The notes under the pieces were generated by a model, which was not told the DNA's origin, did no database searches, and saw only the letters and a list, made by a program, of their open reading frames with translations. A stretch of 64,000 nt of DNA. It comes from an uncultured Methanosarcinales archaeon (lineage in GTDB: Archaea; Nanobdellota; Nanobdellia; Woesearchaeales; UBA12501). The position numbers and the translations under genes are program-made. The stretch lies in NCBI GenBank assembly GCA_964397315.1, contig CAYNHV010000001.1, positions 12,367-76,366 of the forward strand, given 5' to 3'. How positions within the stretch are numbered: position 1 is the first letter of the stretch; each line of letters begins with the position of its first letter. This document shows positions 10,615 to 19,853 of this stretch, in pieces.

Positions 10615-11730
10615 TCAGCCGAGCATCTCGCTTATCTCCTTTACTGTCCTGTCCCAGCTATAGGCTGAGGTTATTGTCTTTCTTGCCATTGAGCCTATCG
10701 CCCTCCTGAGGTCCTCATTGTCCGCAAGTTTTGAGAGCTTTCTTGCAAGCACAGAAGGCTCTCTCGCAGGAAAGAGATAGCCGTTCCTGCCGTCAGAGAT
10801 GTACTCCTGCATGCCTCCCACTGGTGTTGCAACAACAGAAAGGCCGCAGCTCATTGCTTCCATGGTGGCAAGGGAGGATGTTTCTGTAAGGCTGGGCATT
10901 ACGAATATGTCCATTGCCTGGTAGTATTTCCTAACATCATTGGAAACCTCAACATGCTTGATGCCTGTCATGTCATCAAACATGGTGGAAAGCTCAATGC
11001 CCTTTCCTATGATGAGCAGCCTGAGGCGCTCGTTCTTTTTCTTCACACTCCTGAATGCCCTGTAAAGCGTGGGAAGATCCTTCTCTCTTGCTATCCTGCC
11101 CACAAAACCCACCACAACTGAATTCTGGCTGAGCCCTGCCCTCTTCCTGGCATTCCTCTTGCTTTTTGGGGGCCTGAACAGCGAAGTGTTCACGCCCAGG
11201 GGAATCACCCTCATCTGCGGGCTTATTCCCGCGTACTTAAGTGACTTCTCGCTGGTGGATGAGGGAACAAATATGAAGTCGCACTTGTTGTAAACATACC
11301 TGGCGAATGATTTTGTCAGCGCGCTTATTGTCCTTTTGAACTTGTCTATGCTCTTGGGAACAAGCTCCCACTCCAGTGAGTGGGCGTAGGCGTAGAGAGG
11401 CTTGCGGAGCCTGTCAGCCCATATCATGGCCATGCCACCTATGGGGCCTATGCTCTGTGTGAAGACAACATCAGCCTCTTTAACATACTTTCTTATGGTG
11501 AAAGGCCTTATCTTGGGAGGATGATAATCTCCTGCCATGAAACTGTGCACGGGAATCCTTGTTATTTCCACATTCTTCATGACAGCCTTTTTTCCCCTGA
11601 ATTCAGGGACTATAAGCCTTATGTCATAATGCCTGGCCAGCCTCGGCACTGTCTCTGCCAGGAACCTGCTTATGCCATCCCATCTTGGAAGGAAAGAGTC
11701 CGCTGCTATGAGCAATTTTTTCTTTTTCAT
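10615..11730 (-). CDS. glycosyltransferase family 4 (GT-B fold)
   Basis: C-terminal 'E(x7)E'-type region 'MPSLTETSSLATMEAMSCGLSVVAT...YISDGRNGYLF'. 371 aa. Confidence 0.8.
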   Translation of the reverse strand: MKKKKLLIAADSFLPRWDGISRFLAETVPRLARHYDIRLIVPEFRGKKAVMKNVEITRIPVHSFMAGDYHPPKIRPFTIRKYVKEADVVFTQSIGPIGGMAMIWADRLRKPLYAYAHSLEWELVPKSIDKFKRTISALTKSFARYVYNKCDFIFVPSSTSEKSLKYAGISPQMRVIPLGVNTSLFRPPKSKRNARKRAGLSQNSVVVGFVGRIAREKDLPTLYRAFRSVKKKNERLRLLIIGKGIELSTMFDDMTGIKHVEVSNDVRKYYQAMDIFVMPSLTETSSLATMEAMSCGLSVVATPVGGMQEYISDGRNGYLFPAREPSVLARKLSKLADNEDLRRAIGSMARKTITSAYSWDRTVKEISEMLG

Positions 11731-11795
11731 TCTTACAATGATTTATGGGTGTGTTTCATGAGTGGCTTCTGTTTTATCATTCACCTGTCTTGTAC

Positions 11796-12617
11796 CTATC
11801 TTATCTTGTGGAACACCTCTGCAAAGAGGCAGTGGGCTTTGAGCCCGTGCTTTATTGCCCTGTAGTATACGCTCCATAGCAGGGAGAGCATTGAGAGCCA
11901 CTGGCTTTCAAAGCACTTAAGGGCCTTTGTCTTTTTCCTGAATGTTTTTGTTATGTCCACATAAAGCTTCGGAACATTCCTTTCCCTTATCTTGAGGGGA
12001 TTCCACACGTCAAAAGAGTATAAATCTCCATTATAGCCTATCTCATCGCACAGCTCAACCACGAACTTGTTGACGGCTGTGTGGTCAGGGAGGGGATCGT
12101 CACCAGAGTGGGTGAATATCTTTGACGGCTTATATTTTCTTATCAGCCTGCGCGTCTTTTCGTGCATCTCCATCTCCACAAAATCAGTGGGAAAGTTCCC
12201 CTCTCTCATGCCGAAGAATATTGTCCTTTCAGCCCCTATTATTTTTGCTGCCTCATGGCTTTCCTTAACCCTCATCCTGACAGTCACTTTCTTCTTGAGC
12301 CAGGGATGGCTCTTCTCGCCGTAGGAGAGCACAACTATTATCACCCTTCCGCCCTCTTCAGCGTATTTTGCAAGTGTCCCACCCACCCCAAATATCTGGT
12401 CGTCTGAATGAGCGCAGATGACAAGCACTGAATCCTTCTTTTTCCTGCTGGAGCTCTTGGAGGGCCTATTCCCCTTTGATCCGGCTTTCCCCCGGTTTTT
12501 GCCCCTGCCCGTGCCTGCAGCCATGAGGCCTCTTATTTGAGAACTATTTTTATATTTTACTGAACAAGCAGGTGCAGGAGCTTTATTCAGCGTTTTGCCC
12601 CCGCCTGTTTCTGCCAC
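11796..12617 (-). CDS. PIG-L/LmbE family N-acetylglucosaminyl deacetylase with Lys/Arg-rich N-terminal extension
   Basis: 'VLVICAHSDDQIFGVGGTLAKY...GGRVIIVVLSYGE' is an LmbE signature. The N-terminal ~65 aa are rich in G/K/R/S. Confidence 0.7.
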   Translation of the reverse strand: MAETGGGKTLNKAPAPACSVKYKNSSQIRGLMAAGTGRGKNRGKAGSKGNRPSKSSSRKKKDSVLVICAHSDDQIFGVGGTLAKYAEEGGRVIIVVLSYGEKSHPWLKKKVTVRMRVKESHEAAKIIGAERTIFFGMREGNFPTDFVEMEMHEKTRRLIRKYKPSKIFTHSGDDPLPDHTAVNKFVVELCDEIGYNGDLYSFDVWNPLKIRERNVPKLYVDITKTFRKKTKALKCFESQWLSMLSLLWSVYYRAIKHGLKAHCLFAEVFHKIR

Positions 12618-12964
12618 CTGAACTTGTAGTCAATGTTCTTTTTTTTGAGGAATCTTATGAAATCATCATGGGTGTCAAAAGAGAGCTTTTCAGCGTTGCC
12701 CTCCCCGTTTGTCACGCACTCCTCAGGTGAGTAATCCCTGCACACGCTCGGCCTCCTGCTGTGGTTCATGCACATTCCGTTCTTTCTCCACTCGCATGGA
12801 GTCAGGAATTCAACGTACCAGTCATTCTCGTCATCAACAAACACTCTCACGTCCTTGTGGAGGAGAAACCAGAGTATCTCCTGATAATCCTGCTTTGAGG
12901 TGGGCCTGTCCAGCTCAATAGCAACGTGATTGCAGCATCTTCCGCAGTTTTTGCAGTCAGCCAT
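12587..12964 (-). CDS. YkgJ/UPF0153-family putative Zn/Fe-S cluster protein (CxxCxxCC)
   Basis: 'MADCKNCGRCCNHVAIEL' motif. The track ORF runs to 13147, but that upstream part overlaps the neighbouring ORF and is Arg-rich low complexity, so the internal ATG at ~12964 is the preferred start. Confidence 0.55.
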   Translation of the reverse strand: MADCKNCGRCCNHVAIELDRPTSKQDYQEILWFLLHKDVRVFVDDENDWYVEFLTPCEWRKNGMCMNHSRRPSVCRDYSPEECVTNGEGNAEKLSFDTHDDFIRFLKKKNIDYKFRWQKQAGAKR

Positions 12965-13028
12965 TTTAAGAGGGCCAAAAAGGTCATTTATAAGATTTTC
13001 CTTTGGAGATATGAACCCTGCTCTGTGC

Positions 13029-13307
13029 TCAGGACTGCCCCTCAGGTTCTTTCTCTTCCTCCTCCTGGGGCATGTGCTCAAGCGCCTTCTGCATGAGAGG
13101 GATTGCCGCCTCTGCCTCGTCCCTGAACATCCTGCCCAGCTTGGCAAACTTCCACTCTCCGGTGTTATTGTCCAGGTTCTGTCTTGTCAGCTGCATCTTT
13201 GGGGTGCCGTCATTGTAGGAGAAAACACCCACTATTATCCTTGTTGTCTCAAACTGAGCTGTCTCAGAGAAAAGCTCTTTGTCCAGATTCTTGTCAAATG
13301 CCATCAT
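13029..13307 (-). CDS. small hypothetical protein with acidic C-terminus (possible PC4/YdbC-like nucleic-acid-binding fold)
   Basis: 92-aa ORF with a compact beta-rich core 'IIVGVFSYNDGTPKMQLTRQNLDNNTGEWKFAKLGRM' and an EEEEKE tail. The fold assignment is a guess. Confidence 0.35.
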   Translation of the reverse strand: MMAFDKNLDKELFSETAQFETTRIIVGVFSYNDGTPKMQLTRQNLDNNTGEWKFAKLGRMFRDEAEAAIPLMQKALEHMPQEEEEKEPEGQS

Positions 13308-13322
13308 ATCCCTCCTGTTTTA

Positions 13323-13488
13323 TGTCAAAAACCACCGGTCAGAGACCGGTGGCATGAAGCGAAAGCTTCATTCTCATTCTTTATTGACCTGTGGTTTTTG
13401 AGCATGCTCAGAAATATACCCTCTGCGGATATGCCTTTGTGGACTTTGTCCACTGGTTAAATAAACCAGTGGTATATTTCTGACATAT
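13323..13488. mobile_element. 166-bp MITE-like structured repeat, copy A (intergenic, 12 bp from the tRNA 3' end)
   Basis: Near-identical (1 mismatch) to 42593..42758. Terminal inverted repeats are TGTCAAAAA / TTTCTGACATA. It has three internal perfect hairpins, one with a GAAA tetraloop. Confidence 0.65.
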
Positions 13489-13500
13489 CAAACATGATAA

Positions 13501-13664
13501 TGCGCCGACCGGGACTTTCGAACAAGGGTTTTACGACCCGAAAGTCAACCACGTGGATTTTCCAGCGCAAACCCTCAGTTTTCGAACCCGGATAGTCGGC
13601 TTGGAAGGCCGAAGTTTGCCAGGCCTGCCCATGGCAGGTCTCATAGCCATTAGACCACCGGCGC
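13501..13664 (-). tRNA. tRNA-Gly(UCC), predicted to contain two introns (24 nt after the D-arm; 66 nt in the T-loop)
   Basis: On the minus strand: acceptor GCGCCGG/UCGGCGC (one G-U) with discriminator A. D-arm GUCU-AAUGGCUAUG-AGAC with GG in the loop. Anticodon arm UCGGC-CUUCCAA-GCCGA. T-arm CCGGG-UUCGAAA-CCCGG. The mature ~74 nt form is obtained only after removing forward 13614..13637 and 13514..13579. Confidence 0.55.
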
Positions 13665-13700
13665 ATTAATGCCAAGCATTAGATCTGAAAAACACCCCCT

Positions 13701-14795
13701 TTATAAAGGTTTCTTTAGCTCCTTTTTCAGCTGTTTTATGAATCTCTTGTTGTCCTTCTTCTTTATCACTGCCCCGCAGGCATGCTCGTGACCCCCTCCA
13801 AACCCATCTACATTCTTCAGGGCGCTCTCAAGGGCTGCTGATATGTTATCTTCAGCTGACCTCAGGCTGTATTTTATCTCTCCTGACTTCTCCCTGCCCA
13901 CCAGTATTATCTTGGTAGGATAATTGAAAAGCATCTCGTTAGCTACCTCGCTTGAGAAGCTGAACTTCTCACCCTTGTAGATGAACACAAAGAAGTCGTC
14001 CTTTTTCACCTCTCTCTTGGCCTTTTTCAGGAGGTTTTCATAATGCTCCTCAACACTCTTGTATCTCTTGTAGAGGAACCTTCCTGCAGGGGTCTTCTGC
14101 TTCAGGATCTCATACGGGCTGTCTATCCTTGTGAGGATTTTCATGCACCTTATCACATTCTCCTTCCTGCCTTTAAGGACAAAAGAGAGTATTCTCACCA
14201 GCCTGCCTATGGGCTGGGCAAAGAGAGCTTCTTCAGGCCTTCTCACAGAAGAGTCAAGCAGCTCAGGGTACTGCCTTACAAATTCATCCCTGAAGCCGGG
14301 CATCTGCCAGTCCCCTATTGAGCCTGCCATTGCAATCCAAATGTCCTGCTTCACAACCTCATAGCATATCCTTGATATGCATGTGTCATCCCCAGGCTCT
14401 TTTTTCCTTGGGTTAAAGTAGAGCACCCTGTCCCTCTTGAGGGGGGTGTGGTGGTCAACCCAGACAACAGAAATGCCCATCTCAGACATGTCATCAATGA
14501 AATCCTGCTCTACCATTGCAATGTCAAGAACAAAAACCTTGTCAGGCAGGTACTCCTTTACCTTTCTGGTGTAATTCTTCCTGTCAATCTTGGGTGTTGT
14601 CTTTACAATGGATCCCTTGCCCTCACCTATCCTCCTGTAGAAGAGCAGGAACGAAGCCAGGCCGTCTGCGTCATCATGGAAGAATATGAGGGGCCTCTTG
14701 CAGGAGGAGAGTTCCTCCCTGAGCCTCTGGATGTGTCTTTTCTCAAGCATGATCTCACCAACACTGAATTCAAAAAAAGATGATATTATGGGCAT
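13701..14795 (-). CDS. DHH-family phosphoesterase (NrnA/RecJ-like, DHH + DHHA1)
   Basis: 'FFHDDADGLAS' (motif I/II), 'VDHHTP' (DHH) and 'GGGHEHACG' (DHHA1 GGGH). 364 aa. Confidence 0.75.
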   Translation of the reverse strand: MPIISSFFEFSVGEIMLEKRHIQRLREELSSCKRPLIFFHDDADGLASFLLFYRRIGEGKGSIVKTTPKIDRKNYTRKVKEYLPDKVFVLDIAMVEQDFIDDMSEMGISVVWVDHHTPLKRDRVLYFNPRKKEPGDDTCISRICYEVVKQDIWIAMAGSIGDWQMPGFRDEFVRQYPELLDSSVRRPEEALFAQPIGRLVRILSFVLKGRKENVIRCMKILTRIDSPYEILKQKTPAGRFLYKRYKSVEEHYENLLKKAKREVKKDDFFVFIYKGEKFSFSSEVANEMLFNYPTKIILVGREKSGEIKYSLRSAEDNISAALESALKNVDGFGGGHEHACGAVIKKKDNKRFIKQLKKELKKPL

Positions 14796-14829
14796 GAAAC
14801 ATGAAGGCCATTTATAAAATTATTGCATT

Positions 14830-15495
14830 CTACTGCGCTCTTTTTATGCTGTTGCCTGCCGCGCCTGTTTTGTTTTCCTTCAGCATGCCCTCCAGCTGGG
14901 AGGGGTCTGTGCAGCCGTTTATGTTTGTCACAAAAACAGCGCCCCTGTTCTCTGAGTATACATCGTGAAAGTCAAGCATTGCCCCTGCAATCACAAGCTT
15001 TCCCGAGTCAATCATGCTTTTGTATTTTTCCACTGCTCTCCTCACCTGGAAGTCAACATTTTGCTCTGCATACTTTGTTTCCCGCAGAACAGGATCAGGG
15101 TCGTCAAACTTATTTCCGAGGCCTGCCTTGAGGGTGTCAAGCTCTCTCCTTACAGGCTCTTTCTCCCCTGAATAATCAGACAGCGCTGCTTTCACTGCTC
15201 CACAGCCTGTGTGACCGAGAATCATAAGCAAGGGCGTCCTGAGGTGCATTATTCCATAATCAACAGACCCCTCTGCAGTGGACACCTGATTGCCTATGTT
15301 CCTTATGTGAAATATGTAGTTTGTAGGGTCAAGGCTGAATATCCTGCTTGATAGCCTTGAGTCAGAACAGCTTACCAGAGTCACCTTGGGGCTCTGGCCT
15401 TCCTGCAGTTCCTCAAAGCTTCTGTTGGGGGTTGATGCTGAATAATCCTCATTCCCCCTTACGAGCGCTGAAATTATCTCTTCTGCCCCTGTCAT
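14830..15495 (-). CDS. beta-class carbonic anhydrase
   Basis: 'CSDSR' and 'HTGCGAV' zinc-ligand motifs. 221 aa. Confidence 0.8.
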   Translation of the reverse strand: MTGAEEIISALVRGNEDYSASTPNRSFEELQEGQSPKVTLVSCSDSRLSSRIFSLDPTNYIFHIRNIGNQVSTAEGSVDYGIMHLRTPLLMILGHTGCGAVKAALSDYSGEKEPVRRELDTLKAGLGNKFDDPDPVLRETKYAEQNVDFQVRRAVEKYKSMIDSGKLVIAGAMLDFHDVYSENRGAVFVTNINGCTDPSQLEGMLKENKTGAAGNSIKRAQ

Positions 15496-16106
15496 TTCTT
15501 GATCCTCTTCAGCCTGAATACGTTCTCCCTTTCCATCTCCTCCAGCCTGAACCTTATGAAGCCTGCTGTCTCCTCCATCTCAGGTATCACTGCAAACTCA
15601 AGCGCGTTCACCCTTCTTTTTGTCTTCTCTATCTCATTCAGCAGTTTCTTCATTGATGTCTCTATCTCTGCAGCCAGTATTACCTTCTCCACAACCTTTT
15701 CATAGGATGCTGCTGCCTCGTCTATCAATGAAGAGCTGTCGTAAACTCCATAACCCCTCTCCTCCATTGACTTCTGGAGGCCCTCGCTCTCTATCTTGGG
15801 CACAACAACGCCCATTATGTTCTTCTTCTGAAGCTCTATTGAAGGCTTCTGGCTTACAGCCATTGCGAGGGACCTGAGCTTTACATCCCCCTCAACAGCC
15901 CTTGCCATGTTCATCTTCTCAACAGCATCCCTGTACTCCTGTGTGAGCTCCTGCCTCAGGGTCTTTGCCTTCTTCAGGATCTCAAAGAAGTCAAGTATCA
16001 GGCCGTCCCTCTTCTTCTTGAGCAGGCTGTGGCCTGACCTTGCCAGCTTTACCTTGTTCTTTAGCTTTATGAGCTCGCTTCTCGTAGGCTTTACGTCCAG
16101 TGCCAT
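15492..16106 (-). CDS. atpD: A-type ATP synthase subunit D
   Basis: 'MALDVKPTRSELIKLKNKVKLARSGHSLLKKKRD' is a typical subunit D N-terminus. It is the last gene of the operon. Confidence 0.85.
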   Translation of the reverse strand: MALDVKPTRSELIKLKNKVKLARSGHSLLKKKRDGLILDFFEILKKAKTLRQELTQEYRDAVEKMNMARAVEGDVKLRSLAMAVSQKPSIELQKKNIMGVVVPKIESEGLQKSMEERGYGVYDSSSLIDEAAASYEKVVEKVILAAEIETSMKKLLNEIEKTKRRVNALEFAVIPEMEETAGFIRFRLEEMERENVFRLKRIKK

Positions 16107-16125
16107 TTTAAGTCATTCTGCTCTT

Positions 16126-17676
16126 TCACTTCTTCCCGGAGCTCTTTTTGCTCTTTGCCTTTTTCCGCGTTTTCTTTTTGCCTGAGGCCTTTGACTTTCC
16201 TGCACTCTTTCCGCTTTCCTTTTTGTTTCCTGCTTCTTTCTCAGGAGTTTTTTTCTCTGCGGTATTCCCTGCCTCTGCAGATGCTTTCTTGCCGGTCTCT
16301 TCTTTGCCAGTCCCTTTTCCATAGTGCTTCTCTTTCATCTCAGGGCTTATCCTTGTGAGCTCCTCCTCTGGCATCTCCCTGAGCAGGCTCCACCCAAGGT
16401 CAAGTGTTTCATGTATGCTCCTGTCCTCGTTCTTTCCCTGCCTGACGAACCTGTCCTCAAAGTGGCCTGCAAAGTGCAGGAGCCTCTTGTCCCTCTCGCT
16501 TAGGGCCTCCTCCCCAACAATAGCCACAAGGCCTCTCTGGTCTCTTCCCTCTGCATAGTTGGCGTAAAGCTGGTCAGACACCTGCTTGTGGTCCTCTCTT
16601 GTCTTCCCTTTTCCTATGCCCATGTTCATGAGCCTTGAAAGGGAGGGAAGCACGTCTATTGGAGGGTAGATGTTCTTCCTGTGCAGCTCCCTGCTGAGCA
16701 CTATCTGCCCCTCTGTTATGTAGCCTGTAAGATCAGGTATTGGGTGGGTTATGTCATCCCCTATCATGGTGAGTATAGGGAATTGGGTTATGGAGCCCTT
16801 TCTTCCCTGCACCATTCCTGCCCTCTCGTAGATCCCTGCAAGGTCGGTGTACATGTATCCCGGATACCCTCTTCTTCCGGGAATCTCCTCCCTTGCAGCT
16901 CCTATCTCCCTGAGGCTCTCGCAGTAGTTTGTCATATCCGTGAGTATGACAAGCACGTGCATGTCCTTCTCATAAGCGAAGTATTCCGCTGCTGTCAGGG
17001 CCATCTTTGGCGTAACAAGCCTCTCAACTGCAGGGTCGTCAGCCAGGTTGAGGAAAACAACAGACCTCTCAAGCGCGCCTGTCTCCTCAAAGTCCCTGAT
17101 GAAAGTCTGGGCTTCCTCGTTTGTTATTCCCATTGCAGCGAATATGACAACAAAGCCCTCCTTCTGGCCTATTACCTTGGCCTGCCTTGCTATCTGCAGC
17201 GCTATCTCATTGTGAGGCAGTCCTGACCCTGAGAAAATGGGAAGCTTCTGCCCTCTCACAAGAGTGTTCATCGCGTCAATTGTTGATATTCCTGTCTGGA
17301 TAAAGTCAGCAGGGGGGCCTCTTGCGTAAGGGTTGATGGCTGATCCTGTGATGTCCATCTTTTTCTCTGGTATTATCTCAGGCCCTCCATCAATAGGCTT
17401 TCCTGCTCCGCTGAGTATCCTGCCGAGCATGTCATCTGAAACAGGAAGAGTCATTGTCTCTCCGAGAAACTTGACTCCCGACTTCTTGTCAATGCCTCTG
17501 GTGCCCTCAAACACCTGCACTACGACAAGGTCGTCGCTTGTGTCAAGCACCTGCCCGTTCTTTATGGATCCGTCAGGCAGCGCTATCCTCACAAGGTCTG
17601 CGTAGCCTATGGGCTCTGTCTTTTCAACAAAGACGAGGGGTCCTGCAATCCTTTTTATTGTCTTGTATTCTTTCAT
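16126..17676 (-). CDS. atpB: A-type ATP synthase subunit B with ~60-aa Lys-rich C-terminal tail
   Basis: Conserved regulatory-subunit core ('IAGPLVFVE', '[11 protein letters not shown]', '[14 protein letters not shown]'). The tail '[19 protein letters not shown]...[17 protein letters not shown]' is in frame up to the stop. Confidence 0.9.
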   Translation of the reverse strand: MKEYKTIKRIAGPLVFVEKTEPIGYADLVRIALPDGSIKNGQVLDTSDDLVVVQVFEGTRGIDKKSGVKFLGETMTLPVSDDMLGRILSGAGKPIDGGPEIIPEKKMDITGSAINPYARGPPADFIQTGISTIDAMNTLVRGQKLPIFSGSGLPHNEIALQIARQAKVIGQKEGFVVIFAAMGITNEEAQTFIRDFEETGALERSVVFLNLADDPAVERLVTPKMALTAAEYFAYEKDMHVLVILTDMTNYCESLREIGAAREEIPGRRGYPGYMYTDLAGIYERAGMVQGRKGSITQFPILTMIGDDITHPIPDLTGYITEGQIVLSRELHRKNIYPPIDVLPSLSRLMNMGIGKGKTREDHKQVSDQLYANYAEGRDQRGLVAIVGEEALSERDKRLLHFAGHFEDRFVRQGKNEDRSIHETLDLGWSLLREMPEEELTRISPEMKEKHYGKGTGKEETGKKASAEAGNTAEKKTPEKEAGNKKESGKSAGKSKASGKKKTRKKAKSKKSSGKK

Positions 17677-17709
17677 GATATCACCTTGGCCATGACTTTC
17701 ATCTTGTCC

Positions 17710-19527
17710 TCATTTTACCAGCCTGTCAAACTCAGAGTCCATCTCCCTCTGGACGCTGTTCAACAGCTTCTCGTAGTCCTTTGTGAATTTTGCGTCTGAC
17801 ACCCTGTTTCTTGACTTTGTCTGCATGATGTCCTGTATTCTCGCTCCTGCCTCAAGCGCGTTTTCCGCAAGGCCCTGGAAGTGTGTTATGGTCTTCATGA
17901 TGAGGTGGTCTTTCTTGAGCTCCGAGTATGTGTCCACTTCGTGGAATGCGTTCTGCTGGAGCAGGAACTCCCTTATCATCCTTGCAACTTCAAGAGTCAG
18001 CTGCTCTTTTTCAGGGAGCGCGTCTGATCCCACCAGCTGCACTATCTCCATGAGCTTGTCCTCTTCCTGAAGTACTGACATGCACTTATTTATCAGCTCC
18101 CTCCAGTCTGAACCCACGTTCTTGGCGTACCAGGGCTCAAGCGTGTTAAGATAAAGGCTGTATGAGGTGAGCCAGTTTATGGACGGGAAGTGCCTTCTTT
18201 GGGCAAGCTTGGCGTCAAGAGCCCAGAATGTTTTTGTCACCCTGAGTGTTCCCTGTGTCACAGGCTCTGAGAAGTCCCCTCCAGGCGGGCTTACAGCTCC
18301 TATGATGGTGACAGAGCCCTCCTCCTTCTCCCTGCCCTGTCCGAGAGGTATTATCCTTCCTGCTCTCTCGTAGAACTCTGAGAGTTTTGTGGAGAGGTAC
18401 GCCGGATAGCCTTCCTCTCCAGGCATCTCCTCAAGCCTTGATGATATCTCCCTCATTGCCTCAGCCCATCTTGATGTTGAGTCTGCCATCAGGGCAACAG
18501 AGTATCCCATGTCCCTGAAGTATTCTGCTATTGTTATTCCTGTGTAAACTGATGCCTCTCTTGCTGCAACAGGCATATTTGATGTGTTTGCTATCAGAAC
18601 TGTCCTGTTCATGAGCGGCTTTCCTGATTTGGGATCTGTAAGATTAGGGAATTCAGTGAGCACTTCTGTCATCTCATTGCCCCTCTCCCCGCATCCTATG
18701 TAGACGACTATGTCTGCGTCAGACCACTTTGCCAGCTGCTGCTGGGAAACGGTTTTTCCGGCTCCAAAGGGGCCTGGTATTGAGCCTGTTCCTCCCTTTG
18801 CAAGAGGAAAGAGCACGTCAAATATCCTCTGTCCTGTTATAAGCGGCAGCTCAGGAGCGAGCTTTTTCGCAGACGGCCTGGAATTTCTCACAGGCCACTT
18901 CTGCTTCATGCTTATCTTTTGCTTTCCATCAAGCACAGCTATTGTGTCACTTACAGTGAACTTTCCTGATTTTATCTCAGTTATCTTCCCTTCCATTCCC
19001 GGAGGGACCATCACCTTGTGCATGAACCCTTCAGTCTCCTCAACCTCCCCGATAATATCGCCTGTCTTTACTCTGTCTCCTTTCTTTGCTTTTGGCCTGA
19101 AATCCCATTTCTTGTCAGGATTCAGCCCCGGAGCATCAACACCCCTTGTTATGAAATCTCCCATGTCTTTCTTTAGAACAGGAAGAGGCCTTTGTATTCC
19201 GTCGTAGATGCTTGTCAGGAGGCCCGGGCCGAGCTCAACAGACAGGGGCATTCCAGTGTTCTCAACAGGCTCTCCTGGCTTTATTCCAGATGTGTCCTCA
19301 TAGACCTGTATGACTGTCTTGTCCTCGCTTATCTGGATGACCTCTCCCATGAGGCCTTCTTTTCCAACCTTTACAACATCATACATCCTGGCTTTCATGC
19401 CTTTTGCCACCACAACAGGGCCTGCTATCCTGTAAAGGACTCCCCCATCCCCCCTGGAAGCGTCTTTGCCCTCATGGCTTTTCCTTGATCCTGTTTTCCT
19501 TCCTGATTTTCTTGTTTTCATTGCCAT
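17710..19527 (-). CDS. atpA: A-type ATP synthase catalytic subunit A with basic N-terminal extension
   Basis: Walker A 'GPFGAGKT', '[10 protein letters not shown]', ~600 aa. Start placed at 'MAMKTRK', just after the atpF stop with a GGTGA spacer. The track's TTG start at 19557 would overlap atpF. Confidence 0.9.
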   Translation of the reverse strand: MAMKTRKSGRKTGSRKSHEGKDASRGDGGVLYRIAGPVVVAKGMKARMYDVVKVGKEGLMGEVIQISEDKTVIQVYEDTSGIKPGEPVENTGMPLSVELGPGLLTSIYDGIQRPLPVLKKDMGDFITRGVDAPGLNPDKKWDFRPKAKKGDRVKTGDIIGEVEETEGFMHKVMVPPGMEGKITEIKSGKFTVSDTIAVLDGKQKISMKQKWPVRNSRPSAKKLAPELPLITGQRIFDVLFPLAKGGTGSIPGPFGAGKTVSQQQLAKWSDADIVVYIGCGERGNEMTEVLTEFPNLTDPKSGKPLMNRTVLIANTSNMPVAAREASVYTGITIAEYFRDMGYSVALMADSTSRWAEAMREISSRLEEMPGEEGYPAYLSTKLSEFYERAGRIIPLGQGREKEEGSVTIIGAVSPPGGDFSEPVTQGTLRVTKTFWALDAKLAQRRHFPSINWLTSYSLYLNTLEPWYAKNVGSDWRELINKCMSVLQEEDKLMEIVQLVGSDALPEKEQLTLEVARMIREFLLQQNAFHEVDTYSELKKDHLIMKTITHFQGLAENALEAGARIQDIMQTKSRNRVSDAKFTKDYEKLLNSVQREMDSEFDRLVK

Positions 19528-19537
19528 TATATCACCT

Positions 19538-19852
19538 TCAGTCCTTCCATAGGTCAACTCCTATTGATTTTATGATCATGTGCCTTAATGCCTCCTGGGC
19601 TCCTGCCTCTGAGGAGACGACAACAGTAACGGGCCTGACGCTTGTCTCTGCGGTCTCTCTCATTCTTTCGCTGAGGCTGTTCATTGTTTCCTCATCTGCT
19701 ATGATTATCCCTGTGTTCTCTGACTCCATCATCTCAGAGAATCTCCTGTCAGCCTCTTTTGCATCAGCAGTTTTCAGGTCAGCCACATTGCTTATCCCCG
19801 CAAGCCTGAACCCGAGGGTGAATTCCGGTTTTCCTATGACAGCCAGCTCCAT
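19538..19852 (-). CDS. atpF: A-type ATP synthase subunit F
   Basis: '[20 protein letters not shown]' is a typical subunit F start. 104 aa. Confidence 0.8.
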   Translation of the reverse strand: MELAVIGKPEFTLGFRLAGISNVADLKTADAKEADRRFSEMMESENTGIIIADEETMNSLSERMRETAETSVRPVTVVVSSEAGAQEALRHMIIKSIGVDLWKD

Positions 19853-19853
19853 T

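Noticed and set aside
13501-13664. Alternative reading of the tRNA region as a tRNA plus a duplicated 3' half (integration att remnant) or a split tRNA
   Set aside because: The second T-arm-like copy (GTTCGAAAGTCCCGG) lacks a pairing 5' T-stem strand. A single acceptor-stem pair (GCGCCGG/UCGGCGC) brackets the whole 164 nt. An intron-containing single gene is therefore more parsimonious, though not proven.
12930-13675. Track ORFs 12930..13460 (+) and 13457..13675 (-)
   Set aside because: They run through the MITE-like element and the tRNA gene. The identical peptide ...QKPPVRDRWHEAKASF... recurs at the second MITE copy only because the DNA is repeated, and there is no independent coding signal.
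16113-16322. K/R-rich 69-aa ORF overlapping the 3' end of atpB in another frame
   Set aside because: It is an alternate-frame reading of the same purine-rich low-complexity DNA that encodes the AtpB Lys-rich tail.
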